Shown: in pieces, positions 20,810 to 31,335 of the stretch | Numbering within the stretch: position 1 is the stretch's first letter | Layout: every line of letters begins with the position of its first letter | Assembly: GCF_000039765.1 (NCBI RefSeq) | Contig: NC_004459.3 | Span: 660,001-692,000, forward strand | DNA from: Vibrio vulnificus CMCP6 | GTDB taxonomy: Bacteria > Pseudomonadota > Gammaproteobacteria > Enterobacterales > Vibrionaceae | DNA: 32,000 nucleotides | Reading direction: 5' to 3' | Made by a program: the position numbers and the translations under genes | Notes under the pieces: model-generated | What the model was told of the DNA's origin: nothing | Database searches by the model: none | Seen by the model: only the letters and a program-made list of their open reading frames with translations

Positions 20810-21592
20810 ATGCGACGATATTTACTGCTGATTTTCACCTTATTTTCTGTTGCGAGTTACGCGGCACCAAAGTCGGATCTTTGGCCATATTGGCAACCAT
20901 CCGACGAGCAAAGCACCATCAAAGTGTCTCATCAAGCTTGGCAAACACTACTCGATCACTATTTGATTCGCCAAGGCGAAAATACACTTTTTCGCTATGC
21001 CCAAGTGTCGACACAAGACCATCAGGCCCTTAAGCAATACCTTGCTACGCTGGCTAAGCAAAATCCGCTGACGCTCAACCGCGCAGAGCAATATGCCTAT
21101 TGGGTGAATCTCTACAATGCGATTACCGTTGATCTTATCCTCGACAATTATCCGCTCAAGTCTATTACCAAGTTAGGCGGTTTGTTTAGCTTTGGACCGT
21201 GGAATGAAGAAGTCATCACCATCAATAGTAAGCCGTTAACGCTCAACGACATCGAACATCGTATCTTGCGCCCTATCTGGAATGATCCACGCACCCATTA
21301 TGCGGTCAACTGCGCCAGCCTAGGTTGTCCTAACCTGCAACCACAAGCCTTTACAACCGATAACACACCAGCTTTGCTCGATGCGGCAGCGAAAGAGTTT
21401 ATCAATAGTGCCAAAGGCGTATCACGACAAGGTAATAAAGCGCAGCTCTCTTCCATATACGATTGGTTTGCGGATGATTTTGGTGGAAAAGCGGGATTAT
21501 TTTCCCACATTGGCCGCTATGCGCCACAGTATCAAGATTTTTCTGGTCAAATCGAGTACGACTATGACTGGAATCTCAACCAAGCCCAATAA
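20810..21592 (+). CDS. DUF547 domain-containing protein, predicted exported
   Basis: MRRYLLLIFTLFSVASYAAPKSDLWPYW signal peptide; QYAYWVNLYNAITVDLILDNYP...HYAVNCASLGCPNL motifs. Confidence 0.88.
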   Translation: MRRYLLLIFTLFSVASYAAPKSDLWPYWQPSDEQSTIKVSHQAWQTLLDHYLIRQGENTLFRYAQVSTQDHQALKQYLATLAKQNPLTLNRAEQYAYWVNLYNAITVDLILDNYPLKSITKLGGLFSFGPWNEEVITINSKPLTLNDIEHRILRPIWNDPRTHYAVNCASLGCPNLQPQAFTTDNTPALLDAAAKEFINSAKGVSRQGNKAQLSSIYDWFADDFGGKAGLFSHIGRYAPQYQDFSGQIEYDYDWNLNQAQ

Positions 21593-21596
21593 ACGC

Positions 21597-21622
21597 AGAA
21601 AGGCCGATATACGGCCTTTCTC
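21597..21622. terminator. Terminator between convergent DUF547 and djlA genes
   Basis: AGAAAGGCCG-ATATA-CGGCCTTTCT followed by CTCTTT. Confidence 0.75.
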
Positions 21623-21676
21623 TCTTTATATGAATGAGAACAAACAGGCGATCTCATCGTCCTGTTTTTTTGTTGG

Positions 21677-22540
21677 CTACTTGAAGCCTTTTTCTTTCTT
21701 AATAAGATCGTAAGCACTTTGAATTTCTTGCGATTTTTCTTTCGCCATATTCATCATTTCTGGCGGTAGACCTTTTGCCATCAATTTATCAGGGTGGTGC
21801 TCATTCATTAACTTACGATAAGCGCGCTTCACCTCTTTGCCATCGGCATTGGCGTCAATGCCCAAGATCTTATAGGCATCCGCGAGACGGTCAGTTTGCG
21901 ACGCTTGCTGCCAGCCACCGTGAGAAGATGAGTGATGAGATTGATGCTGTTGTCCCCCAAATCCGCCCTGACGTTGGAAACGAAATGCCGCTTCTTGCAT
22001 CTGCAAACGACGCTCGAGCTGTTCAGACGAAAATCCTAAACCTCGCGCAATCTTGTGCAATACATTTCGTTCACTTGGATGCACATCGCCATCGGCAAAA
22101 GCCGCAGAGATCTGTAATTCCAAAAAGAACTGCAATAAATCAAAACGGCCACTAGTGGCAATTTTAACTCTCTCTAAGACTTGTTCCAGAGGGAAATCAC
22201 GTTCTTTACCTTCACGAAACGCATCTTGCGCTGCTCTGCGCTGTTCGCCATGCAAGCTCATTCGATCCATCATTGCACTGGCAAGTTGGATCTCTTCCTT
22301 GGTGACTTGGCCTTTTGCTTTAGCTACATGCCCCATAACAGCAAAAGCGGACTTAAAAAACTCCTCTTGTCGCTGAGCTTGACTTGGTCCTTGGCCAAAA
22401 CCTGCGGTTTTAAAGCCCGCTTGACTCAAGCGTCGTGCTTTGTCGAACTGGTGACCAATAAATAAACCGAACAGCGCCCCAAACACCCCGCCGAACAAAA
22501 AACCAAAAAAGGCACCAAGAATTTTGCCAAAAATCTGCAT
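21677..22540 (-). CDS. djlA: Co-chaperone DjlA (TM anchor, TerB-like domain, C-terminal J domain)
   Basis: MQIFGKILGAFFGFLFGGVFGALFGLFIGHQFD anchor; C-terminal DAYKILGIDANADGKEVKRAYRKLMNEHHPDKLMAKG with HPD. Confidence 0.94.
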   Translation of the reverse strand: MQIFGKILGAFFGFLFGGVFGALFGLFIGHQFDKARRLSQAGFKTAGFGQGPSQAQRQEEFFKSAFAVMGHVAKAKGQVTKEEIQLASAMMDRMSLHGEQRRAAQDAFREGKERDFPLEQVLERVKIATSGRFDLLQFFLELQISAAFADGDVHPSERNVLHKIARGLGFSSEQLERRLQMQEAAFRFQRQGGFGGQQHQSHHSSSHGGWQQASQTDRLADAYKILGIDANADGKEVKRAYRKLMNEHHPDKLMAKGLPPEMMNMAKEKSQEIQSAYDLIKKEKGFK

Positions 22541-22687
22541 TTGTGAGTTCTCTATCTATGAATTTTTCCCGTCATTGACGGTCATATAGTGCTGGAAGCA
22601 CGGATTTCCTTTATGATAAGGCAATCATTTTTTCACCATGGCCATCATAGAGCCATCGAGCAGCAGTGACATAGGATAGTTCCTTTA

Positions 22688-25018
22688 ATGCAACATTTCT
22701 CCCGGACATTTTTAGCGGCTTCAATTGCCACCGCTCTGTTTGCCCCCTACGCTCAAGCTGAAGCGATATTAAACAACAGTGTGCAGGAAATGCCCACTAC
22801 AGATCAATGCTTGGTCGACGCTGAAAAAAATGATGCGAATGCTGAAATCGTGATTCAAGCGGATAACCTGCAAGCCATCAATGGTGACAAAGCCATTTAC
22901 TCGGGCGATGTTGAAGTCACTCAAGGCAACAAAAAAATTACGGCAGAATCGGTCACCTTGCATCAACAAGAAAACATTGTTGTGGCAGAAGGTAATGTCA
23001 CTTTCAATGATGGCGAAGTCAAAGCAAGCTCTAGCAAAGTCACCAATAATATGACGTCAGAGACCTTCTCGCTAGAAAATACTGAATATCAGTTTCTTTG
23101 CCAGCAAGGACGAGGCCAAGCTGCCTACATCGCAAAAACAGGCCAAGCGGTTTACGAATTAGAAGATGGCTCTATCACCTCTTGTCCTGCGGATGACAAC
23201 GCATGGCGTTTGGTCGCATCCAGTATTGAAGTTGATCAAAATGAAGAAACCGCAACGTTCTACCACCCACGGTTTGAAGTGCTCGACGTACCGGTTTTTT
23301 ATGCTCCCTACCTTACTCTACCGATCGGCAATACTCGTAAAACGGGTTTTCTTTTCCCATCAGTGAACTATGGTTCTAGCGATGGTTTAGAAATCGAAGT
23401 TCCTTTCTACTGGAACATTGCACCTAACTACGATTTAACGCTCACTACACTCTACATGCAACAGCGTGGGGTGAAGCAAGATGCTGACTTCCGCTATCTA
23501 AGCGATGGCTGGGGGGCTGGTGAACTCAAAGGTGAATACTTACCTGGGGATGAAAAATACAACGATGAAGATCGTTGGGGTTATCAGTACAAACATGATG
23601 GCATCATCAATAAGCAGTGGTTGGTTTCTCTCGACTACTCTCAAGTCAGTGATATCGATTACTTCCGGGACTTGAGCTCCGATCTAGGTAACCGAGAAGA
23701 CGGTCAACTGATGCAACAAGGCAAAGTGGCTTACCGCTCAGACTTTTGGGATATGTCGCTGCAAGTGCGAGATTTCCAAATCTTATTGCAAGATAACAAT
23801 CAACCTTATCGACTGCTGCCGCAGGTGAAGTTCAACTTTTACACTCCACTGCTTGGCAATTATCTCAACTTTGACGTTAAAAGTGAGTTAACGCAATTTG
23901 ACATTCAAGATGCCTCGAAACCGAATGCACTGCGTGCGCACGTAGAGCCAGGTTTAACCATTCCCCTCTCGACCAGTTGGGCAACATGGACGACCGAAGC
24001 ACGTCTTTTAGCCACCTACTATCAGCAAGATCTTGATAGATTAACCGACCCAACGCTGAAGTCTCAGTTGGATGAAACCGTTGCGCGTGTCATTCCTGAA
24101 TACCGCTCTCATGCTCGTATTTATCTTGAGCGTGAAGCGAAACTCTTTGAAGGCTACACGCAAAGTTTGGAGCCACAAATTCAGTACCTCTATGTACCGG
24201 AAGAAGAACAGGGCAATATCTACAACTACGATACGACGCTGCTACAAACCGATTATTACGGCCTCTTCCGCAGTCGTAAGTACAGTAGTATCGACAAAAT
24301 CGCCGCAGCAAACCAACTGAGTTATGGTGCCAGTACTCGCTTCTTTGACGATGAGTACAAAGAGCGTTTGAACATCTCTTTCGGTCAAATTTACTACATT
24401 GACAAGAAAACCAAATTGACTGGTAACCAAGAAGAAACGTCAAACTATTCCTCTTGGGCCGTAGAGACCGATTTCAACTACGAAGACTTTTTGTTCTATC
24501 ACGGAGGCATCCAATACGACATCGATCTCAATGCGATGCAGTTGGCCAACAGCACCTTGGAATACCAGTTTACCGATGGCTTTATTCAAGGTAATTATCG
24601 CTATGTCACCAAAGATTACATCGAAGATACCATCAGCTTTGATGAGTTAGACAAGATTACCCGCAAAGGCATTTCACAAGCGGGGATTGTTGGGGCCTAC
24701 AATATTAATCGCCATTGGTCTGCGAGCGGTCAGTATTATTACGATTTGACCGAAGAGATCGACTTGGAATGGATGGCTAGTTTGCGTTACCAATCAGATT
24801 GTTGGTATATCGGTTTTACTTACACCAACCAATTAGTGAAATGGCGCAATGATGTGGTCGGCGGCGATAGTAACAATCCGGTCTACGATACCAACATTAG
24901 CGTAAACTTTGGTATTCAAGGTTTTGCTACTAAGAACAAAGCAGAAACTGCTGCAAAAGAATTGGATAGCACAGATAACGCGATTACCTACGGTCGCCCT
25001 TTCTATCTGAATAATTAG
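22688..25018 (+). CDS. lptD: LPS-assembly protein LptD (OstA/Imp)
   Basis: Signal peptide, OstA-like N-domain ([40 protein letters not shown]), then C-terminal beta-barrel; 776 aa; followed by surA. Confidence 0.96.
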   Translation: MQHFSRTFLAASIATALFAPYAQAEAILNNSVQEMPTTDQCLVDAEKNDANAEIVIQADNLQAINGDKAIYSGDVEVTQGNKKITAESVTLHQQENIVVAEGNVTFNDGEVKASSSKVTNNMTSETFSLENTEYQFLCQQGRGQAAYIAKTGQAVYELEDGSITSCPADDNAWRLVASSIEVDQNEETATFYHPRFEVLDVPVFYAPYLTLPIGNTRKTGFLFPSVNYGSSDGLEIEVPFYWNIAPNYDLTLTTLYMQQRGVKQDADFRYLSDGWGAGELKGEYLPGDEKYNDEDRWGYQYKHDGIINKQWLVSLDYSQVSDIDYFRDLSSDLGNREDGQLMQQGKVAYRSDFWDMSLQVRDFQILLQDNNQPYRLLPQVKFNFYTPLLGNYLNFDVKSELTQFDIQDASKPNALRAHVEPGLTIPLSTSWATWTTEARLLATYYQQDLDRLTDPTLKSQLDETVARVIPEYRSHARIYLEREAKLFEGYTQSLEPQIQYLYVPEEEQGNIYNYDTTLLQTDYYGLFRSRKYSSIDKIAAANQLSYGASTRFFDDEYKERLNISFGQIYYIDKKTKLTGNQEETSNYSSWAVETDFNYEDFLFYHGGIQYDIDLNAMQLANSTLEYQFTDGFIQGNYRYVTKDYIEDTISFDELDKITRKGISQAGIVGAYNINRHWSASGQYYYDLTEEIDLEWMASLRYQSDCWYIGFTYTNQLVKWRNDVVGGDSNNPVYDTNISVNFGIQGFATKNKAETAAKELDSTDNAITYGRPFYLNN

Positions 25019-25068
25019 TACTTTTGATGACCTTATCGAAAGAGACAAAACGTTATATGGATTACAAA

Positions 25069-26355
25069 ATGAACATTTGGAAAACCCTTTTACTTGGCAT
25101 GCTGGTCACTGGCAGCGCCGTTTCTGCTCCTGTTGAGCTAGATAAGGTCGCCGTGATCGTCAACGATGGTGTGATCTTACAAAGTGATATTGATACCGCG
25201 ACCAAAACCTTGCGCGCTAACGCGAAAAAAAGCGGACAAGCCCTACCCGATGCTGACGTGCTAAACGAACAAATCGTCGATAAATTGATCATCGATACAC
25301 TGCAAACACAAGAAGCCGACCGCATTGGCGTGCGCATTGATGATACACGTCTCAATCAAGCAATTGAGGAAATCGCACGCAACAATAATCAAACCATCGA
25401 CGAACTCTCGGCGGCCATTGCCAGCGAAGGAGTGAGTTACGCAGAGTTTCGCGAACAAATTCGTAAAGAGATGGCGGCATCTGAAGCACGAAATGCCTTG
25501 GTGAGACGTCGTATCAATATTTTGCCGGCAGAAGTGGATAACCTCGCTGAACTGCTATCGAAAGAAACCAACGCTAGCGTTGAGTATCGTATTGGTCACA
25601 TTCAGTTGCGTTTTACTGATGGGCAAGACAAATCGGCCTTGGAAGCACAAGCGAAAGAGCTAGTTGAAAAGCTCAAGCAAGGGGCTGATTTCAGCACCAT
25701 GGCTTACACTTATTCCAAAGGACCAAAAGCACTGCAAGGCGGTGATTGGGGTTGGATGCGTAAAGAAGAGATGCCAACCATTTTTGCTGACCAAATCAAG
25801 ATGCAAAATAAAGGCAGCATCATTGGTCCATTCCGCAGTGGTGTTGGTTTTCATATTTTAAAAATTGAAGACGTAAAAGGGTTGGAAACCGTTGCGGTCA
25901 CCGAGGTGAATGCACGACATATTCTGTTAAAACCAACGGTCATTTTGAGCGATGAAGGTGCTCAGCGCGAACTGAATGAGTTCATCCGTCGAATTCGCGC
26001 AGGTGAAGCAACCTTTGGTGAGTTGGCGCAGCAATACAGCCAAGACCCAGGTTCCGCAGCACAAGACGGTGAGTTGGGCTATCAAACACCCGACCTCTAT
26101 GTGCCCGAGTTTAAGCACCAAGTTGAAACATTGCCGGTAGGAACCATCAGTGAACCCTTTAAGACCGTGCATGGCTGGCATATTGTTGAAGTGCTTGACC
26201 GCCGTGAAGTCGACCGCACCGACTCTGCGATGAAAAATAAGGCCTATCGCATCCTCTTTAATCGTAAATTCAACGAGGAAGTCGGCGCTTGGATGCAAGA
26301 GCTTCGAGCAGGTGCGTTTGTCGAAATCATCAACGAGGAAGAAAACGATGGTTAA
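25069..26355 (+). CDS. surA: Peptidylprolyl isomerase / periplasmic chaperone SurA
   Basis: [42 protein letters not shown], two PpiC domains ([10 protein letters not shown]..., NARHILLKP...). Start could alternatively be the ATG at 25057; the track's 25024 looks too far upstream. Confidence 0.94.
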   Translation: MNIWKTLLLGMLVTGSAVSAPVELDKVAVIVNDGVILQSDIDTATKTLRANAKKSGQALPDADVLNEQIVDKLIIDTLQTQEADRIGVRIDDTRLNQAIEEIARNNNQTIDELSAAIASEGVSYAEFREQIRKEMAASEARNALVRRRINILPAEVDNLAELLSKETNASVEYRIGHIQLRFTDGQDKSALEAQAKELVEKLKQGADFSTMAYTYSKGPKALQGGDWGWMRKEEMPTIFADQIKMQNKGSIIGPFRSGVGFHILKIEDVKGLETVAVTEVNARHILLKPTVILSDEGAQRELNEFIRRIRAGEATFGELAQQYSQDPGSAAQDGELGYQTPDLYVPEFKHQVETLPVGTISEPFKTVHGWHIVEVLDRREVDRTDSAMKNKAYRILFNRKFNEEVGAWMQELRAGAFVEIINEEENDG

Positions 26356-27334
26356 ACGCTTAGTGGTGACAGCTGGAGAACCCGCTGGCATTGGTCCCGA
26401 TCTTGTTCTCGCTTTATCAAAAGAGCATTGGCCACACCAGTTAGTGGTGTGTGCAGATAAAAAAATGCTCGCCCAACGTGCAGAGCAATTGGGGATTAAC
26501 GTTACCCTGCTTGATTATGATGCTTCAACTGCCCCCTCCCCCCAACAAGCGGGGACATTAGTGGTCGAGCATATCGATATGCCGAGCACTTGTGTGGCAG
26601 GGCAGCTCAATGAAGAGAATGGTCATTATGTATTAAAAACGCTGGAAAGAGCCGCTTTAGGCTGTATGAAAAGCGAATTTGATGCTATTGTCACCGGCCC
26701 TGTTCACAAGGGGGTGATTAACCGAGCTGGGGTTGCTTTTAGCGGCCATACCGAGTTTTTTGCCGAGCTATCAAACACGCCTCTTGTGGTCATGATGTTA
26801 GCCACCGAAGGCTTAAGAGTAGCGCTTGTCACGACACATATTCCATTGGCGTATGTGTCGAAAGCGGTCACTGCAGAGCGATTGCTGAAGATCATCGATA
26901 TTTTGCATCGCGACTTAGTAGAAAAATTCGCCATTGCCGAGCCTAAGATTTACGTGTGTGGACTAAACCCGCACGCAGGAGAGGACGGATGCTTAGGCCG
27001 TGAAGAGATTGAAACCATCACGCCGACGCTGGAAAAAATTCGTCAAGAAAAAGGAATCCATCTGCTAGGCCCATTGCCAGCAGACACCATTTTCAATGAA
27101 AAATATTTAAACGATGCCGATGCTGTTCTAGGAATGTATCACGACCAAGTCTTGCCTGTGTTGAAATACAAGGGATTTGGTCAGTCGGTCAACATTACTC
27201 TTGGTCTACCCTTTATAAGAACATCGGTAGATCACGGAACTGCACTCGATTTAGCCGGGACTGGCCAAGCGGATACAGGGAGCTTCCGAACAGCACTTCA
27301 GCATGCGATAGAACTGGTAGAGAAAAAACAATGA
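26348..27334 (+). CDS. pdxA: 4-hydroxythreonine-4-phosphate dehydrogenase
   Basis: [23 protein letters not shown]...[15 protein letters not shown]. Overlaps the surA 3' end by 8 nt. Confidence 0.96.
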   Translation: MVKRLVVTAGEPAGIGPDLVLALSKEHWPHQLVVCADKKMLAQRAEQLGINVTLLDYDASTAPSPQQAGTLVVEHIDMPSTCVAGQLNEENGHYVLKTLERAALGCMKSEFDAIVTGPVHKGVINRAGVAFSGHTEFFAELSNTPLVVMMLATEGLRVALVTTHIPLAYVSKAVTAERLLKIIDILHRDLVEKFAIAEPKIYVCGLNPHAGEDGCLGREEIETITPTLEKIRQEKGIHLLGPLPADTIFNEKYLNDADAVLGMYHDQVLPVLKYKGFGQSVNITLGLPFIRTSVDHGTALDLAGTGQADTGSFRTALQHAIELVEKKQ

Positions 27335-28137
27335 GAAATGATGTCCATATGGGGCACAAAGCGCGTAAACGCTTTGGTCAGAACTTCCTTAACGATCCAT
27401 ACATTATTGATGGTATCGTCTCGGCCATTAACCCAAGACCGGGACAAAACCTGGTTGAAATCGGTCCTGGTTTAGGCGCGATTACCGAGCCAGTTGGCCG
27501 CGAAGTGGACAAATTCACCGTTATCGAACTTGACCGAGATTTGGCGGAGCGCCTTCGTACTCATCCAGAATTGGCAGACAAACTGACGATTCATGAAGGG
27601 GATGCGATGCGTTTTGATTTCACTCAATTAGTGAAACCAAACAATAAGTTACGTATTTTTGGTAACCTACCTTACAACATTTCAACACCGCTGATGTTCC
27701 ACCTATTTGAATTTCATAAAGACATTCAAGACATGCACTTTATGTTGCAAAAAGAAGTGGTGAACCGCCTTGCTGCAGGTCCGGGTAGCAAAGCCTATGG
27801 TCGTCTAACGGTGATGGCACAATACTACTGTAAAGTGGTACCCGTGTTGGAAGTACCACCAACCGCCTTTGTACCACCACCGAAAGTCGACTCAGCAGTG
27901 GTTCGCCTCGTTCCTTACGAGACATTACCTCACCCAGCAAATAACCTACAATGGCTAGAACGCGTCTGCCGCGAAGGCTTTAACCAACGCCGCAAAACCG
28001 TGCGTAACTGTTATAAGTCGCTGATGAGTGAGCAAGTTCTTGAAGAACTCGGGGTAAACCCTGGCATGCGTCCAGAGAATCTGACGCTGCAGCAATTTGT
28101 GGCGATGGCAAACTGGCTGGATGCTAACCATAAATAA
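27331..28137 (+). CDS. rsmA: 16S rRNA (adenine1518-N6/adenine1519-N6)-dimethyltransferase
   Basis: [43 protein letters not shown]...[14 protein letters not shown] overlap with the pdxA stop. Also known as ksgA. Confidence 0.97.
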   Translation: MRNDVHMGHKARKRFGQNFLNDPYIIDGIVSAINPRPGQNLVEIGPGLGAITEPVGREVDKFTVIELDRDLAERLRTHPELADKLTIHEGDAMRFDFTQLVKPNNKLRIFGNLPYNISTPLMFHLFEFHKDIQDMHFMLQKEVVNRLAAGPGSKAYGRLTVMAQYYCKVVPVLEVPPTAFVPPPKVDSAVVRLVPYETLPHPANNLQWLERVCREGFNQRRKTVRNCYKSLMSEQVLEELGVNPGMRPENLTLQQFVAMANWLDANHK

Positions 28138-28149
28138 ATCTATCGGTAT

Positions 28150-28180
28150 GAGAGTGAGCATAGACTCACTCTCTGCTTTT
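28150..28180 (+). terminator. Possible terminator between rsmA and apaG
   Basis: GAGAGTGAG-CATAGA-CTCACTCTC perfect 9-bp stem, then TGCTTTT. Confidence 0.55.
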
Positions 28181-28196
28181 CCAACACGGAGTCAGC

Positions 28197-28577
28197 ATGG
28201 ACGTATCTCAACCCCGTATCCAAATTCAAGTTCACACCAAATACGTCGAAGAACAATCCAATCCTGAACTTGCTCGCTATATCTTCGCTTACATCATTAC
28301 CATTAAAAACCACAGTTCAGAGAGCGTGCAACTGCTTAGTCGACGCTGGTTGATCACCGATGCCAATGGCAAACAGATCTCTGTCGAAGGCGATGGCGTC
28401 GTCGGCCAACAACCGTTTATCGACGCTGGTGATGAGTACACTTACAGCAGTGGCACCGCATTAGACACCCCAGTTGGCGTCATGCAAGGTCAATACATCA
28501 TGCACGACGCTCAAGGCAAAGAATTTGTCGTCGAAATTGAACCTTTCCGCCTCGCGGTTCCCAACATTCTTAACTGA
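28197..28577 (+). CDS. apaG: ApaG protein (Co2+/Mg2+ efflux-associated, ApaG domain)
   Basis: [52 protein letters not shown]...[20 protein letters not shown]. Confidence 0.96.
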   Translation: MDVSQPRIQIQVHTKYVEEQSNPELARYIFAYIITIKNHSSESVQLLSRRWLITDANGKQISVEGDGVVGQQPFIDAGDEYTYSSGTALDTPVGVMQGQYIMHDAQGKEFVVEIEPFRLAVPNILN

Positions 28578-28591
28578 TTTGAGGCAATAAT

Positions 28592-29401
28592 TTGGCAAAC
28601 TATATTGTTGGAGACATCCAAGGCTGTTTTGATGAATTGATGCTGCTATTAGCGCAGTGCCAGTTCGATAAAAACCAGGATACACTCTGGGTCGCTGGTG
28701 ATTTGGTCGCGCGCGGACCAAAGTCATTAGAAACACTGAGATTTATCAAATCACTCGGCAACAGTGCCAAAGTGGTTCTGGGTAACCACGATCTCCATCT
28801 CATGGCCGTATCTCTGGGGATTCGCAATAACAAAGCCAAAGACAAAACAGCGCCAATTTTTGCAAGTGAAGATGGTAATGAACTCCTCCACTGGCTGCGC
28901 CAGCAACCGCTTCTTGCAGAACATCCCGAATTTGTCGTTTGCCACGCAGGCATCTCGCCTCAATGGGATCTTGCGACAGCACGTTTGTGTGCCGAGGAAG
29001 TAGAAAGCCTGCTGCGCAGCGAAAATTACCGCTGGCTGATTGAGAACATGTACTGTAACCAACCCGATCTCTGGCAGGACAATCTCTCCGGTTTGGATCG
29101 CTACCGTTACATCATCAATGCCTTTACACGCATGCGCTTTTGCTTTGCCGATGGGCGTTTGGATATGGATTGCAAACTGCCACCATCAGAAGTGAAAGAA
29201 AGCGAACTGATGCCTTGGTTTACACTGCCACAGCGTAGAGCACTTGATAAACCCGTTTTATTTGGTCATTGGGCGGCTTTAGAAGGCTATATCAGCGAAG
29301 AAGTGATTGGACTAGATACAGGCTGCGTTTGGAATGGCAGCCTGACTATGATCCGCTGGGAAGACAAACAAGTATTTAGTCAGAAGGCACTAGAAAACTA
29401 G
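28592..29401 (+). CDS. apaH: Bis(5'-nucleosyl)-tetraphosphatase (symmetrical), TTG start
   Basis: MANYIVGDIQGCFDELMLLLAQCQF...GDLVARGPKSLETLRFIKSLG...VLGNHDLHLMAV; codon at 28592 is TTG, preceded by GAGG. Confidence 0.96.
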   Translation: MANYIVGDIQGCFDELMLLLAQCQFDKNQDTLWVAGDLVARGPKSLETLRFIKSLGNSAKVVLGNHDLHLMAVSLGIRNNKAKDKTAPIFASEDGNELLHWLRQQPLLAEHPEFVVCHAGISPQWDLATARLCAEEVESLLRSENYRWLIENMYCNQPDLWQDNLSGLDRYRYIINAFTRMRFCFADGRLDMDCKLPPSEVKESELMPWFTLPQRRALDKPVLFGHWAALEGYISEEVIGLDTGCVWNGSLTMIRWEDKQVFSQKALEN

Positions 29402-29449
29402 AAAACTAGAAAACTAGAAAACTAGAAAACTAGAAAACTAGAAAACTAG
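29390..29449. repeat. Tandem array of 8-bp unit CTAGAAAA, 7.5 copies, bridging the stops of apaH and folA
   Basis: (CTAGAAAA)x7 + CTAG read directly from the sequence with no mismatches. Contains the apaH TAG (29399-29401) and the folA TAG (complement of CTA at 29446-29448). Confidence 0.97.
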
Positions 29450-29934
29450 CAATTAACTCTTTCTAAAATAACAAAATCCATCGCGTAGCGATTTTTCTCA
29501 TCAGCAGAATAGTGTTCGCGATGGCTCTCGCACCATTGCTCCCCCCAATCAGGAAACTGAGTATCGCCATCAATAGTGGCATCGATAAACGTCAGATAGA
29601 GTTTGTCTGCTTTTGGTAAACACTCAGCGTAAATTGAACCGCCACCGATGATCATCACTTCATCTGCATCCCCCGCTAACGCTAAAGCATGCGCAATCGA
29701 GTTGGCCATAGTGACCCCCTCAATAACCAAGCTTTCGTCACGACTAATCACTATATTCAATCGCCCTGGCAACGGACGTCCGATCGAATCATACGTTTTA
29801 CGCCCCATCACGATCGGTTTCCCCATCGTGCAGCGTTTGAACCAAGCAAAATCTGCGGGAAGATGCCAAGGCATCTGGTTATCTTTACCAATGATTCTTT
29901 GCTTTGCCATCGCGGCAATCATACTGATGATCAT
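29446..29934 (-). CDS. folA: Dihydrofolate reductase type I
   Basis: MIISMIAAMAKQRIIGKDNQMPWHLPADFAWFKRCTMGKPIVMGRKTYDSIGRPLPGRLNIVISR. Confidence 0.96.
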   Translation of the reverse strand: MIISMIAAMAKQRIIGKDNQMPWHLPADFAWFKRCTMGKPIVMGRKTYDSIGRPLPGRLNIVISRDESLVIEGVTMANSIAHALALAGDADEVMIIGGGSIYAECLPKADKLYLTFIDATIDGDTQFPDWGEQWCESHREHYSADEKNRYAMDFVILERVNC

Positions 29935-29943
29935 CTCTCTTCC

Positions 29944-30426
29944 TTACACTATTGGTCTGCGGCGGTAGAATAACAGCCCAGGAACGGCAAGGCCAACCGC
30001 CAGTCCCGCAATGATGAACATCGCTTTTAAAAAGTTTTCCATACAAACCGCCACCAACTCTGGGGTATAGCCAAGATGATTGATCTCCACCATTGCGATC
30101 ATGGCTTTAAAAGTGAATACGCCGGGAACCATTGGAATCAATGCCGCGACAGTAAACACCTTCGGGTGCGCTAACAAACGCCGTGACCAGTACACACCAA
30201 TCATCCCGACTAACGTAGCCGCAAAAAACGTCGCCCATTCAATCGGAATGCCAAATTTCATCATTAAATATCGACTGCCATGACCAATGGCTCCGCCGAG
30301 CGCACAATAAATTAACGCTCTCGGTGGCACATTGAACACCAATTCAAACCCAACCGCAGGAATCGCGGCAAAAAACATATCGTTGAGTAAACCGACTAGC
30401 AATTCCATTAGCTCGACCATCCCCAA
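29944..30426 (-). CDS. Threonine/serine exporter family, YjjB-like small subunit (ThrE_2)
   Basis: 160 aa integral membrane protein; ALGGAIGHGSRYLMMKFGIPIEWATFFAATLVGMIGVYWSRR...PKVFTVAALIPMVPG. Confidence 0.82.
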   Translation of the reverse strand: MGMVELMELLVGLLNDMFFAAIPAVGFELVFNVPPRALIYCALGGAIGHGSRYLMMKFGIPIEWATFFAATLVGMIGVYWSRRLLAHPKVFTVAALIPMVPGVFTFKAMIAMVEINHLGYTPELVAVCMENFLKAMFIIAGLAVGLAVPGLLFYRRRPIV

Positions 30427-31181
30427 ATACCCGTTACACTCATCGCCGCGACAATCCCTAAGCTGGTCGCCAACGTCAGTAAACTCGCCATAACGAAGCG
30501 AGCAATCCCCATATTGATATGGCCTTTAAGCATATCAGCAACCGAGTTAATCAATGGAAAACCAGGAACCAGCATTAACACAGAAGACGCCATCACCACC
30601 GTCGGCAAGTTGCCAATTTCAAGAATGACCGCTTGTGCAGAGATAAGGGTGGTCACGAACGCCGTTGCAGCAAAGTTCAAAAGTGGGTTGAAATGACGAT
30701 GTCCGATTTCTTGACGAACGATCATGCCGCAAGCCGAAGCCAAAAATGTCATAGCAAACACGGCCCAATCTCCCCCCGCTAAACGAGCAAAAGAGGCGCA
30801 AGAGATGCCGATCATAAACACCACCAACCAGCGGTTGTAACGCTCTGGACTGATATTATTCAGTTTTCTCTGAGCCATCATCGGATCAAGCACCCCTTTT
30901 TCCATCATGATGCAAATCCGCTGAATCTCGGTGACCGCTTTCATATTGATACCACGATCGACGCAGCTGCGCGTGGTGGTAATGCAGTGACCATCCATCA
31001 CAGTGGTGACAACCAATGCGTTGGCAGAGAGCGCCACTTCGACTTCACTGACGCCAGATGCAATACCAATGCGGCGCATAATATCGCCCACCAAGGTACT
31101 TTCCGCTCCATGCGCTAATAACATCTGCCCCCGCTTGTGCGACCAGCCGAGAGATGGCTCGCTGTGTTGATGCCATAACAA
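30408..31181 (-). CDS. Threonine/serine exporter family, YjjP-like large subunit
   Basis: 257 aa; MRRIGIASGVSEVEVALSANALVVTTVMDGHCITTTRSCVDRGINMKAVTEIQRIC, followed by TM helices. Overlaps the YjjB-like gene by 19 nt. Confidence 0.82.
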   Translation of the reverse strand: MLWHQHSEPSLGWSHKRGQMLLAHGAESTLVGDIMRRIGIASGVSEVEVALSANALVVTTVMDGHCITTTRSCVDRGINMKAVTEIQRICIMMEKGVLDPMMAQRKLNNISPERYNRWLVVFMIGISCASFARLAGGDWAVFAMTFLASACGMIVRQEIGHRHFNPLLNFAATAFVTTLISAQAVILEIGNLPTVVMASSVLMLVPGFPLINSVADMLKGHINMGIARFVMASLLTLATSLGIVAAMSVTGIWGWSS

Positions 31182-31290
31182 CTTCCTAATTCCTTTTAAT
31201 CGGACCTGTTAATTGAAACAAAAGGCAAAAGCGCCTCGAAAAACAAATATTCTGCCCGAAAAAAATCGGACTAAACATGATTTAGATGCA

Positions 31291-31320
31291 AAAAAGCCGC
31301 AAATAATATTGCGGCTTTTA
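31291..31320 (-). terminator. Rho-independent terminator downstream of obgE
   Basis: Minus strand AAAAGCCGCAA-TATTAT-TTGCGGCTTTTTT. Confidence 0.88.
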
Positions 31321-31335
31321 ATTGTAATATCTCGA

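Noticed and set aside
24072-24443. Track ORFs 24072..24320 (+), 24090..24443 (-), 24242..24430 (-) within lptD
   Set aside because: Alternative frames of the lptD barrel region; no plausible product or ribosome-binding site.
29390-29449. Tandem array considered as a CRISPR-like repeat
   Set aside because: The unit is 8 bp and perfectly contiguous with no spacers, and there are no cas genes; it is a simple tandem repeat.
30080-30801. ORFs 30080..30283 (+), 30514..30696 (+), 30619..30801 (-) over the ThrE-like genes
   Set aside because: Antisense or alternate-frame shadows of the exporter genes; the shifted ORF at 30619 could hint at a frameshift, but 30408..31181 is intact.
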